From: Bacteroidales bacterium
GTDB taxonomy: Bacteria > Bacteroidota > Bacteroidia > Bacteroidales > UBA932
DNA: 64,000 bases
Assembly (NCBI GenBank): GCA_009777095.1
Contig: WRMN01000004.1
Span: 77,475 to 141,474, forward strand
Direction: 5' to 3'
Shown: positions 9,226 through 17,752 of the stretch, one piece after another
Layout of the letters: each line of letters opens with the position of its first letter
How positions within the stretch are numbered: position 1 is the stretch's first letter
The notes under the pieces: generated by a model
Told to the model about the DNA's origin: nothing
Databases searched by the model: none
The model's input: the letters and a program-made list of their open reading frames with translations, nothing else
Program-made: the position numbers and the translations under genes

Positions 9226-10029
9226 ATGAAAACAAATTCAATTATCGCCCTAATTTTTTGTTCGTTGATTAATTTTTCGGTTTTCGGACAAGTTGCAGGT
9301 CATAAACAGGAACAGATGACAAAAGACTTTCGATATAAAGACAGTATAAATTTTGAAACGAAAATAAATCCCGACTATTTTTTGTTAGGAACTTTTTCTG
9401 ATTATATGGGAAGATTTGCGTATGTAAACAGAGAAACACAAGTTGACAGATATTATCCGTATGAAGAATTTTTAGCGAAGTATGTTGCTGATTTCATTGA
9501 AAAAAATTATGACATTGTGGTTGATACACAATTTGAAAAATCAAGGCATTCGGAAATTTTTTCGAGAGCAATTGCGGAAAAGTTACATAGTTATTACGAT
9601 GAACAGGGAAAATTAAAAGAAGGAATTTTTGACAGTGAAGAAAAAATGTATTCTTTTCTAACAGGTGTATTGTTACGATACGGAGAGAATATTTTTGACG
9701 ATGTTTTTTTGATCAGTGTTTATAATTCACCCAAACGGAATGAAATTTACGAACTTCTAAGAGTTCTCGAATGTAATAAAATAATTTACAAAAATTTTCG
9801 AGGTAATATTCCAACTGTTACAAAATTCTACTTCGAGGCGACACCAAGAATTTTAAAATACTTCAACCATATCAGAAACGAGAATAGAATAATACAGGGC
9901 GAATACAAAAATGTAATTCTGAAAATGTTTGAAGGATCTGAAAAAGAAGAATTTGTGGAAATCAAAAAACAATGGGAGGGGGAAGAGAAAGAATTTGAAA
10001 ACAGCATCAAAACAATATTCAAAATGTAA
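9226..10029 (+). CDS. hypothetical secreted protein
   Basis: 267-aa AT-rich ORF with a signal peptide MKTNSIIALIFCSLINFSVFGQ. No recognisable domain. Confidence 0.5.
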   Translation: MKTNSIIALIFCSLINFSVFGQVAGHKQEQMTKDFRYKDSINFETKINPDYFLLGTFSDYMGRFAYVNRETQVDRYYPYEEFLAKYVADFIEKNYDIVVDTQFEKSRHSEIFSRAIAEKLHSYYDEQGKLKEGIFDSEEKMYSFLTGVLLRYGENIFDDVFLISVYNSPKRNEIYELLRVLECNKIIYKNFRGNIPTVTKFYFEATPRILKYFNHIRNENRIIQGEYKNVILKMFEGSEKEEFVEIKKQWEGEEKEFENSIKTIFKM

Positions 10030-10103
10030 GCGGGCGAAAGCATCGTCAAGAAAGTTGTGCCACGAAATGTTAGTAGAGATGATAAGCATTTCGAAAAATG
10101 TAA

Positions 10104-10111
10104 TACCTTTG
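10104..10111 (+). promoter_or_regulatory. -7 box TACCTTTG upstream of the methyltransferase gene
   Basis: Exact TAnnTTTG, 47 nt before the ATG at 10158. Confidence 0.45.
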
Positions 10112-10157
10112 CACTTTCTTGAAACAGAAAAATAAACATTAAAAAAAATAAACAAAT

Positions 10158-10922
10158 ATGAATAAACAATGGTACGAATCGTTCTTTGAGAACTACGGAA
10201 AAAAGTATGACAGTGAGAATTTCGCTCAAGGCACAGCTGGAGAATGTGATTTCATTGAAAAAGAAATCAATTTCGACAAGTCCCTAAAAATACTGGACGT
10301 AGGTTGCGGAACAGGTCGCCACGCCATTGAACTGTCGAAACGTGGGTATAATGTAACAGGCATTGATTTATCGGAATCGCAGTTAAAAAGAGCAAGAGAA
10401 AAGGCGGCTGAAAACAATTTGTCGATTGATTTCCAACGCCAAGATGCACGAAATTTGCCCTTTAACAACGAATTTGATGTTGCCATTATGCTTTGCGAAG
10501 GCGGTTTTCCCTTAATGGAAACCGATGAGATGAACTTTGAAATACTGAAAAATGTTACAAAATCGCTCAAATCTGACGCAAAACTTATCTTTACCACCTG
10601 CAACGGGTTGTTTCCGTTATTCAACTCGGTAGATGATTTTTACGCTTCAACAGTAGAAGACGGCAACTCAATATGCAAAAACAGCACTTTTGACTTAATG
10701 ACTTTTCGCGACCACAACACTGTGGAATTTGAAGATGATGACGGAAATAAAAAGACGCTCGAATGTAACGAAAGATACTATGTGCCTTGCGAAATAACGT
10801 GGTTGTTGAAATCGTTGAAATATAAGAAAATAGACATATTCGGTGCAAGACTTGGCGCTTTTTCAAGGGAGCATCAATTAACCACTAAAGATTTTGAAAT
10901 GCTTGTAATTGCTGAAACTTGA
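10158..10922 (+). CDS. class I SAM-dependent methyltransferase
   Basis: Motif I ILDVGCGTGRHAIEL followed by GIDLSESQL. 254 aa. Looks like a small-molecule-type MTase rather than a DNA MTase. Confidence 0.8.
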   Translation: MNKQWYESFFENYGKKYDSENFAQGTAGECDFIEKEINFDKSLKILDVGCGTGRHAIELSKRGYNVTGIDLSESQLKRAREKAAENNLSIDFQRQDARNLPFNNEFDVAIMLCEGGFPLMETDEMNFEILKNVTKSLKSDAKLIFTTCNGLFPLFNSVDDFYASTVEDGNSICKNSTFDLMTFRDHNTVEFEDDDGNKKTLECNERYYVPCEITWLLKSLKYKKIDIFGARLGAFSREHQLTTKDFEMLVIAET

Positions 10923-10976
10923 CACAGGAAAATGCCTGCACAGAACTGTCGGTTCGGTGCAGCGGCGGCAGTTTTA

Positions 10977-11005
10977 GGGCGAAGCAATCTGCTCCCGCAA
11001 TGACG
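10977..11005 (-). repeat. REP-like element GTCATTGCG..GCAGATTGCTTCGC (reverse orientation)
   Basis: The plus strand reads GGGCGAAGCAATCTGCTCCCGCAATGACG, the reverse complement of the family consensus. Confidence 0.7.
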
Positions 11006-11094
11006 ATGAACAATGAATAACAACTCATAAACCGCTTTACGACAAATCGGTAAATTAATTTTTATTCGATTGTGTGTAATTCAATAAAATTCAT

Positions 11095-11102
11095 TATATT
11101 TG
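11095..11102 (+). promoter_or_regulatory. -7 box TATATTTG preceding a ~220-nt leader of the lipoprotein gene
   Basis: Exact TAnnTTTG. The next plausible start codon is at 11329. Confidence 0.4.
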
Positions 11103-11328
11103 CGTGTAGTTAAGAGTTTAGGTGCAAGTGGTGGACGAAATTGCAAGAGTTAAACGACTGAAAGCCAATGGTGGCAATGATTACCGAGAGGTGGTAACAA
11201 GAAAATTAGCAGTCAAAAAAATTAGCAAAAGCCGAAAATTTGTATCTAATGCAGAGGCAAGACACTCGCGAAGCCGTAAGAGCGGGATTAATTTTGTCTG
11301 CAAAAGGAGCGGACGTAAAAATGTAAAA

Positions 11329-11832
11329 ATGAATAAATCAATGTATTTAAAAGCAAGTGTCATTTTCATGGCAGCAGTTTTTCTTTTTTCAAGTTGCGCT
11401 TCAATTGTGAGTAAGAGCAGTTATCCGCTTTCAATTAATAGTACTCCGAGCGGTGCAGAAATGAGCATTACAGACAAAAAAGGGAAAGAAATATATGTAG
11501 GCAATACTCCCGCAGTAGTAGAGTTAAAAGCAGGTGCCGGCTTCTTTTCAAGAGCAGAGTATCAAGTTCGATTTTCAAGTCCGGGATATAATGACAAAAT
11601 AGTACCTGTTACATTTAAACTTGACGGCTGGTATTTTGGGAATATACTTTTGGGAGGCTTAATAGGAATGCTTATCGTTGACCCTGCGACAGGTGCAATG
11701 TGGAAAATGGAAACGGAGTTTCTTAACGAAACATTGCTTCCAACAATTGTTTCAATTTCTCCTGAAATGCAAATTCTCAATATTAATGATATTCCAGAAG
11801 ATTGGAAAGAATATCTTGTGCAATTAGATTAA
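11329..11832 (+). CDS. lipoprotein with a PEGA-like domain
   Basis: ATG at 11329 gives MNKSMYLKASVIFMAAVFLFSSC (lipobox). INSTPSGAEMSITDKKGKEIYVGNTPAVVELKAG resembles a PEGA domain. The ORF track extends upstream to a GTG at 11122, which I consider an artefact. Confidence 0.6.
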   Translation: MNKSMYLKASVIFMAAVFLFSSCASIVSKSSYPLSINSTPSGAEMSITDKKGKEIYVGNTPAVVELKAGAGFFSRAEYQVRFSSPGYNDKIVPVTFKLDGWYFGNILLGGLIGMLIVDPATGAMWKMETEFLNETLLPTIVSISPEMQILNINDIPEDWKEYLVQLD

Positions 11833-11889
11833 TTTACAATGAATTAATCATTTATCAATCAGTTTTTGGGAGATGTTGAACAATCCAAG

Positions 11890-11921
11890 TTTTAACCCCC
11901 ACATTTATGTGAGGTTTAAAA
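11890..11921 (+). terminator. 14-bp imperfect hairpin downstream of the lipoprotein gene
   Basis: TTTTAACCCCCACA-TTTA-TGTGAGGTTTAAAA (12 of 14 positions pair). There is no clear T-tract, so terminator function is tentative. Confidence 0.35.
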
Positions 11922-12147
11922 GTCGTTTAAGAGAAGAAATGCAAAGGAACGCTGAGCACAAAGGTACCTCATTTTGTTTTGGAATTAACGCAAGAGTAAC
12001 CTATATGCCATTTGCAGTAAATAAAAAGAAATTCCATTTTCAGGAGGTATTTGGTACGCAACAATTGGAATAACTTTTAATCTATTTTAGGAATTGGTAA
12101 TAAATATTTGCAGAAAAAATACCATCGCACAACTCACCAATTTTTCC

Positions 12148-12155
12148 TATCTTTG
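12148..12155 (+). promoter_or_regulatory. -7 box TATCTTTG for uvrB
   Basis: Exact TAnnTTTG, 8 nt before the ATG at 12163. Confidence 0.55.
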
Positions 12156-12162
12156 CACCACT

Positions 12163-14187
12163 ATGGATTTCCAACTCACATCTGCCTATCGGCCTACGGG
12201 CGACCAGCCCGAAGCTATTGCCGCCCTGGTGTCGGCGCTCAATAAGGACATTAGGGCCTCTACCTTGTTGGGAGTTACCGGCTCAGGCAAAACCTTTACC
12301 ATGGCTAATGTGATTGCCCAAACCCAACGACCGGCATTAATTCTTAGCCATAATAAAACCTTAGCCGCCCAGCTCTACGGCGAGTTTAAAGCTTTTTTTC
12401 CGGAAAATGCAGTGGAATATTTTGTCTCGTATTACGATTATTACCAACCTGAGGCCTACCTACCAACCTCCGATACTTATATAGAAAAAGATTTGAGCAT
12501 TAATGACGAAATTGAAAAATTACGCCTGAGCGCCACCTCTTCCTTATTGTCGGGACGGCGCGATGTGATTGTGGTGTCGAGCGTTTCTTGCCTTTATGGC
12601 ATAGGGAATCCCGAAGATTTTTTGGCGAATACTATGCTGATTAAACGCGGGCAACTGTTGTCGCGCAACAAATTCCTCTATGCCTTGGTTGACGCCTTGT
12701 ATTCGCGCAGCGATATTAATTTCGAACGGGGAACCTTCCGAGTGAAAGGCGATACGGTAGATGTGTATTTGGCTTACGGTGATTATGCTTACCGTATTGT
12801 GTTCTGGGGCGATGAAATAGAAAAGATAGAAACCTTTGAACCCCTTGGCGGACGTACAATTGATGAGCCTGAGGAAGTAAATATTTATCCTGCAAATATT
12901 TTTTCTACTACTAAAGAGCGCATGCACAGGGCGATTAAAGATATTCAAGATGATATGCTGAAACGGTGCAACTATTTTTATGAAATAGGCAAACAGCAGG
13001 AGGCAAAACGGCTGAAGTCGCGTGTGGAATACGATTTAGAGATGATTAAAGAAGTAGGTTATTGCTCCGGAATTGAGAACTATTCCCGCTATTTCGACGG
13101 GCGTATGGCTGGTTCAAGGCCTTTCTGCCTGCTCGATTATTTTGCCAAGGATTTTATTACTTTTATTGACGAAAGCCATGTTACGGTGTCGCAGATACGC
13201 TCTATGTACGGGGGCGACCGCTCGCGCAAGCAAACGCTGATTGAGTACGGTTTCCGCCTGCCTGCCGCCGCCGATAACCGCCCCTTGAAGTTCGAGGAGT
13301 TTGACAGGCTGATAGGCCAGCGAGTATATGTGAGCGCCACGCCTGCCGATTTTGAATTACAGGAAAGCGAAGGCGTGGTGATAGAGCAGGTAGTGCGTCC
13401 CACAGGCCTTTTAGATCCTGTGATTGAAGTACGGCCGACCCTAAACCAGATTGATGATTTGGTGGAAGAAATAGCCCAACGCGCAGCCCGCGATGAACGT
13501 ATTTTGGTAACCACGCTGACCAAACGTATGGCCGAAGAATTGACCAAATATTTTGAACGTATCGAAATCCGCTGCCGCTATATCCATTCCGATGTGGATA
13601 CTTTAGAACGTATTCAGATACTGGAAGACTTGCAGCGGGGCTTGTTCGATGTGCTGGTGGGCGTAAACTTGCTGCGCGAGGGACTTGACCTGCCGCAGGT
13701 ATCTTTAGTCGCCATTCTCGATGCCGACAAGGAGGGTTTTCTGCGTTCCTCACGCGCCCTGACCCAGACCGCAGGCCGTGCAGCGCGCAACTTGAACGGC
13801 AGGGTAATCATGTATGCCGACACGGTTACGGATTCCATGCGGCAGACTATTGATGAAACCACCCGCCGTCGCGAAAAGCAAATTCGTTATAATACCGAGC
13901 GCGGCATTACTCCGCAACAGGTATCGAAATCTAATCGCGCTATACTGGGCGGAGCGCCTGTTCGTCCTGACGGAAATTATGCCTTGGGCATGGATATGTA
14001 CACACCTATTGCCGCAGACCCGATATTACAGCAAATGAACGGAGAACAGTTAGATAAGGCCATTGCACACTCCCGCAAGCAGATGGAACAGGCCGCCAAA
14101 GAATTGGATTTTGTCGCCGCCGCTTGCTTCCGAGATGAGATGTATGCACTGGCCCAACAGAAAAAAATGATTAAGGAACTCAATTGA
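12163..14187 (+). CDS. uvrB: excinuclease ABC subunit B
   Basis: MDFQLTSAYRPTGDQPEAI, GVTGSGKTFT Walker A, helicase motifs, and a C-terminal UVR domain (FRDEMYAL region). The start at 12163 follows a -7 box. Confidence 0.95.
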   Translation: MDFQLTSAYRPTGDQPEAIAALVSALNKDIRASTLLGVTGSGKTFTMANVIAQTQRPALILSHNKTLAAQLYGEFKAFFPENAVEYFVSYYDYYQPEAYLPTSDTYIEKDLSINDEIEKLRLSATSSLLSGRRDVIVVSSVSCLYGIGNPEDFLANTMLIKRGQLLSRNKFLYALVDALYSRSDINFERGTFRVKGDTVDVYLAYGDYAYRIVFWGDEIEKIETFEPLGGRTIDEPEEVNIYPANIFSTTKERMHRAIKDIQDDMLKRCNYFYEIGKQQEAKRLKSRVEYDLEMIKEVGYCSGIENYSRYFDGRMAGSRPFCLLDYFAKDFITFIDESHVTVSQIRSMYGGDRSRKQTLIEYGFRLPAAADNRPLKFEEFDRLIGQRVYVSATPADFELQESEGVVIEQVVRPTGLLDPVIEVRPTLNQIDDLVEEIAQRAARDERILVTTLTKRMAEELTKYFERIEIRCRYIHSDVDTLERIQILEDLQRGLFDVLVGVNLLREGLDLPQVSLVAILDADKEGFLRSSRALTQTAGRAARNLNGRVIMYADTVTDSMRQTIDETTRRREKQIRYNTERGITPQQVSKSNRAILGGAPVRPDGNYALGMDMYTPIAADPILQQMNGEQLDKAIAHSRKQMEQAAKELDFVAAACFRDEMYALAQQKKMIKELN

Positions 14188-14313
14188 TGTTTGAATCTTT
14201 GAATCGTTACATTTTATGATTTATACTGTTCTTACTGATTAATAAATCTTCATTTTTCAATGCATTGTTTTCTCCAAGTAATAAATTTCTAAAAAATCGT
14301 TCTAAATATTCAC

Positions 14314-14757
14314 TTATTGCATGAATGTTGTTTTTGAAATCGTTATAGTTGGTGTAACTACCCCTAAAATCCTACTTACAAAGTCTTCCGGAGCGCGGCA
14401 GGGTCTGCGGGTAGCAGCATCTATAAAGGCCAAAGTAGTAGAACCCGAACACAATAAGGTTCCGATTTCATTCAAAACCTCATATTCTATTGTTAAACGA
14501 ACTCCCTGCAACTCTTTAACAGTGGCTCTAAAGGTCAGCAAATCGTCGTACTTGGCCGGCTGATAATAGCGGCTGTGTACTTCTATGATAGGCATCATCA
14601 CCCCCGAAGCTTCCAGCTCGGCATAAGTAAAGCCCGCCGCACGCATCATCTCGGTACGCGCAATTTCAAAATAGCGGACATAATTGGAGTGATGCACGTA
14701 TCCCATGACATCAGTCTCGTAGTAGGCAACCCTGTGGGTCATTTCGTAGGAAAGCAT
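14314..14757 (-). CDS. acyl-CoA thioesterase, YbgC/4HBT family
   Basis: YYETDVMGYVHHSNYVRYFEIARTEMMR hot-dog fold signature. 147 aa. Confidence 0.8.
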   Translation of the reverse strand: MLSYEMTHRVAYYETDVMGYVHHSNYVRYFEIARTEMMRAAGFTYAELEASGVMMPIIEVHSRYYQPAKYDDLLTFRATVKELQGVRLTIEYEVLNEIGTLLCSGSTTLAFIDAATRRPCRAPEDFVSRILGVVTPTITISKTTFMQ

Positions 14758-14782
14758 ATTTTTAGTGATTAATGATTAATGT

Positions 14783-17380
14783 TTATTTGTTTATCACCCT
14801 TGTCTCCTTTATTCGTTGCACTGCTCGAATTATTTCCCCTGCCCACAGCACAACCGAAGTTCCTGCTATGATACAGCCCCAAATAATTGGGCTTAACGGA
14901 ACGGTGCGGAATGCTGTTCCGCCAAATTGTACAATTAGTAGTTGCATCAACAGAATAGCAGCAACAATTAACAGGAAAGCTTTGTTTTTGAGCAAACCGC
15001 AGAAGGCGGAACAATTAGTGCCCGAACAGCGGACATTAAACAAATTCCAAAATTGCAGCATCACAAATACCGTAAAGAACACCGTAAGCTCTACCGAAGG
15101 ATAGCCGGCATTGGTCGGGACATAGAAAAGCATTCCTGCCAATAAAAGGCACAGCATTATTCCCGCCGTGATAAAAATATTTTTAGCCATAAAGGGGGTA
15201 ATAATAAAATCGCTTGCCTTGCGCGGTTTATGATGCATCACACTGTTGTCGGGCGGTTCCGTAGCCAGCGCCAAAGCTGCAAAGGTGTCCATGATGAGGT
15301 TTACCCACAGCATTTGTATGGCTGTGAACGGCAGGGTAACACCGATAAAGGGCCCTAAAAAAGCTACCATTAGCGCAAGGACGTTAATGGTTAATTGAAA
15401 CTGTATAAAACGTTGTATATTTCGGTACAACGAACGTCCCCAACGCACGGCATTCACAATACTGGTAAACGAGTCGTCGAGCAGCACAATGTCGCTGGCT
15501 TCCTTGGCGACTGAAGTTCCGGAACCCATGGAAAGGCCTACATCGGCAAAATTTAAGGCAGGAGCATCGTTAATGCCATCGCCGGTTACCGCCACCACAG
15601 CGCCTTGCTGCTGTAGCAGTCTTACCAAACGCAATTTATCCGCGGGGCGTGCGCGCGACATGATTTTAATGCGAAGCGCTGCTAATTTTGCCTCTGTTTC
15701 GGACAATGCAGCAAACTCAATGCCGGTAATTTGTTGGTCGGCGCTATCGGAAGGCAGCCATAAATCTATCTGGCGCGCTATTTCAGTAGCGGTAGCAGCC
15801 GTATCGCCTGTAATTATTTTTACTTCAATTCCCGCCTCCATGCAGTTATTAATAGCCTCTTTCACATCGATGCGCACAGGGTCGGCAATAGCTACAAATC
15901 CTAAATAACAAAGCTCATTCGATAAGTCTAATAAGGCGCCGCTGTCCGTAGCCTTCATCTCTTTCCATGCAAAAGCCAAGGTGCGCATGCCGCGTTGCTG
16001 ATAATCTTTCAGCATCGCCGAGACCTCCTCAGGAACTGCCTTACAACGTTTCATAATAACTTCAGGCGCACCCTTCACATAGAGAATATCTTTACACAAG
16101 GAAGGCGAGATACAGCGGGTAGCCATGAATTTATTTTCGGTAGTAAACAACAAACGATCTGCGATTTTCCCTTCCTCGCGTATCTTTTCATAATCAACCT
16201 GCAATTCATCTATCCAAAGTAAAAGTGCGCCTTCAGTCGGATTTCCTACAGGATTGGCCGAGATAGGATTGCTGCGGTCGAGATGTGCCGTTGAATTTAG
16301 TGCAATGGACTCCGCCATTAGTACATCGTTATTTTTTACGCTATCATCAAAATGATTAGCATGTACCCGCATTTCGTTTTGGGTAAGCGTACCGGTTTTA
16401 TCCGTACAAATCACGGTTGTGGCGCCCATGGTTTCGGTAGCGTGCATGCGGCGAACAAGGTTATTGGTGCAGGTCATGCGGCGCATACTGTAGGCCAAAC
16501 TGAGGGTTACGCTCATGGCTAATCCTTCGGGCACAGCGGCTACGATAATGGTTACCGTTACCATAAAGTAAGTCAGAAGTACCGAGCCTTCCCGAAGGTC
16601 TAAAGGAAAATCAACCTCTCCTGTGAACCAACTGCGTACAACAAGCAGTATAAATATACTTATTGCAACGGCAAAGCCTAACTTGCCGATTACGCCGCTC
16701 AGGCGGGTTAGCTGTTTATTCAAGGGGGTTTGTTCGGTATTGATGGCGGCGGCTTCCCGCGCGGTTTTCCCGATTTCGGAAGCATCGCCCACGGCAGAAA
16801 CCTCCATAAGACCTTGTCCGTCAGTAACTATTGTTCCACGTAATACCACGTTCGGGGCATAAGCCGTTTCATAATGTTCGGGAGCCTTAACTACTTTGGC
16901 GGCAGGCATAGATTCGCCGTTCAAGGCGCTTTCGTTCACGTGTAAACTAAAGGCTTCCAATAAATGTCCATCGGCCGGCACCTCGTCGCCTTGGTCCAAT
17001 AGCACTATATCGCCAACAACTAACTCACGCTTGGGAACTTTTGTTACCTGTCCGTGGCGCATTACCTTAACCGGTGTTTCATCATTCACCTTGTTAAGAA
17101 TGTCAAATTCTTTTTCGGCCTGAAATTCGTTGAAAAAAGCTAATAAAGTGGCTAAGAGCACGGCTGCCAAAATTCCAACCCCTTCTATATAAGAGCCTTC
17201 CACAAATCCTATACCCAAGGCTAAACAGGCGGTAAAGAGTAATAGCTTTATTATCGGGTCATTAAACTTCGACAATAACAATTGCCACCAAGGGTGACGG
17301 GGTGGGGGAGTAAGTTCGTTACTTCCAAAGGATTGGCGGTTCTGTATTACTTGTTCATCAGTTAAACCCTTATATTTCAT
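14783..17380 (-). CDS. cation (Ca2+-type) transporting P-type ATPase
   Basis: ICTDKTGTLTQNEM phosphorylation motif, VTGDGINDAPAL hinge motif, about ten TM segments. 865 aa. Confidence 0.9.
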   Translation of the reverse strand: MKYKGLTDEQVIQNRQSFGSNELTPPPRHPWWQLLLSKFNDPIIKLLLFTACLALGIGFVEGSYIEGVGILAAVLLATLLAFFNEFQAEKEFDILNKVNDETPVKVMRHGQVTKVPKRELVVGDIVLLDQGDEVPADGHLLEAFSLHVNESALNGESMPAAKVVKAPEHYETAYAPNVVLRGTIVTDGQGLMEVSAVGDASEIGKTAREAAAINTEQTPLNKQLTRLSGVIGKLGFAVAISIFILLVVRSWFTGEVDFPLDLREGSVLLTYFMVTVTIIVAAVPEGLAMSVTLSLAYSMRRMTCTNNLVRRMHATETMGATTVICTDKTGTLTQNEMRVHANHFDDSVKNNDVLMAESIALNSTAHLDRSNPISANPVGNPTEGALLLWIDELQVDYEKIREEGKIADRLLFTTENKFMATRCISPSLCKDILYVKGAPEVIMKRCKAVPEEVSAMLKDYQQRGMRTLAFAWKEMKATDSGALLDLSNELCYLGFVAIADPVRIDVKEAINNCMEAGIEVKIITGDTAATATEIARQIDLWLPSDSADQQITGIEFAALSETEAKLAALRIKIMSRARPADKLRLVRLLQQQGAVVAVTGDGINDAPALNFADVGLSMGSGTSVAKEASDIVLLDDSFTSIVNAVRWGRSLYRNIQRFIQFQLTINVLALMVAFLGPFIGVTLPFTAIQMLWVNLIMDTFAALALATEPPDNSVMHHKPRKASDFIITPFMAKNIFITAGIMLCLLLAGMLFYVPTNAGYPSVELTVFFTVFVMLQFWNLFNVRCSGTNCSAFCGLLKNKAFLLIVAAILLMQLLIVQFGGTAFRTVPLSPIIWGCIIAGTSVVLWAGEIIRAVQRIKETRVINK

Positions 17381-17406
17381 TTAATTAAATATTAATAATT
17401 TAATTT

Positions 17407-17414
17407 CAAAGGTA
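17407..17414 (-). promoter_or_regulatory. -7 box TACCTTTG for the P-type ATPase, embedded in a palindrome arm
   Basis: The reverse strand reads TACCTTTG, 26 nt upstream of the ATG at 17380. Confidence 0.5.
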
Positions 17415-17448
17415 AGATTTTTTTTATTAGGAAAAAAATCTTACCTTT
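17408..17448. promoter_or_regulatory. perfect 17-bp inverted repeat (7-nt spacer) in the divergent ATPase / small-ORF intergenic region
   Basis: AAAGGTAAGATTTTTTT-TATTAGG-AAAAAAATCTTACCTTT. The arms carry TACCTTTG (reverse strand) and TACCTTTA (forward strand). Confidence 0.6.
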
Positions 17449-17485
17449 ATGGCGCTTTATAACCATATAAATAACTAATACAGCC

Positions 17486-17752
17486 ATGGAGCGAATTAAC
17501 ATCTCTTTTAATGAGTTGCGCCGCATTAAACGAGCGCTTCCACATGGAAGCATGCAACGGATTGCTGAATTATTAAACACTGAAGCAGACACTATTCGTA
17601 ATTATTTTGGCGCAGATAATTTCAAAGTAATAGGTGATGGCGTGCATTATGAACAGGGAGGTCTCGACGGAGGCATTGTAACCTTTGACGACCCGACTAT
17701 CCTGCGTTTCGCACAAAAAATTCTGTCGGTAAGAGGTATTAAATTTAAGTGA
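17486..17752 (+). CDS. small hypothetical protein, possible DNA-binding protein
   Basis: 88-aa ORF. The N-terminal segment SMQRIAELLNTEADTIRNYFG looks HTH-like. Its stop overlaps the GTG start of the next gene (GTGA at 17749-17752). Confidence 0.45.
   Translation: MERINISFNELRRIKRALPHGSMQRIAELLNTEADTIRNYFGADNFKVIGDGVHYEQGGLDGGIVTFDDPTILRFAQKILSVRGIKFK

Noticed and set aside
3194-11100. Possibility that the two same-strand islets are a bona fide integron cassette array.
   Set aside because: Only one pair of core-site-like heptamers was found (flanking the FRG gene). The other spacers lack RYYYAAC / GTTRRRY pairs and attC-type imperfect palindromes, and no intI gene is present. The single inverted repeat is kept as a low-confidence finding.
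11103-11328. Fluoride, TPP or other known riboswitch in the long leader, and the same question for 27150-27200.
   Set aside because: The conserved cores I can recall are absent (for example CTGAGA...ACCTGA for TPP, or GATGG..CTGATGA..CCTAC-type elements for fluoride). Only the generic observation of secondary structure is retained.
11873-12073. 66-aa ORF in the spacer upstream of uvrB.
   Set aside because: No promoter box, no recognisable motif, and a composition like the surrounding spacer. The region is more simply explained as non-coding sequence containing the hairpin at 11890-11921.
13202-13753. 183-aa reverse-strand ORF inside uvrB. Similar antisense ORFs occur at 12544..12948 and 13137..13547.
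   Set aside because: It lies antisense to a confidently identified, GC-rich conserved gene. The Arg/Pro/Ser/Ala-rich translation is typical of spurious antisense frames.
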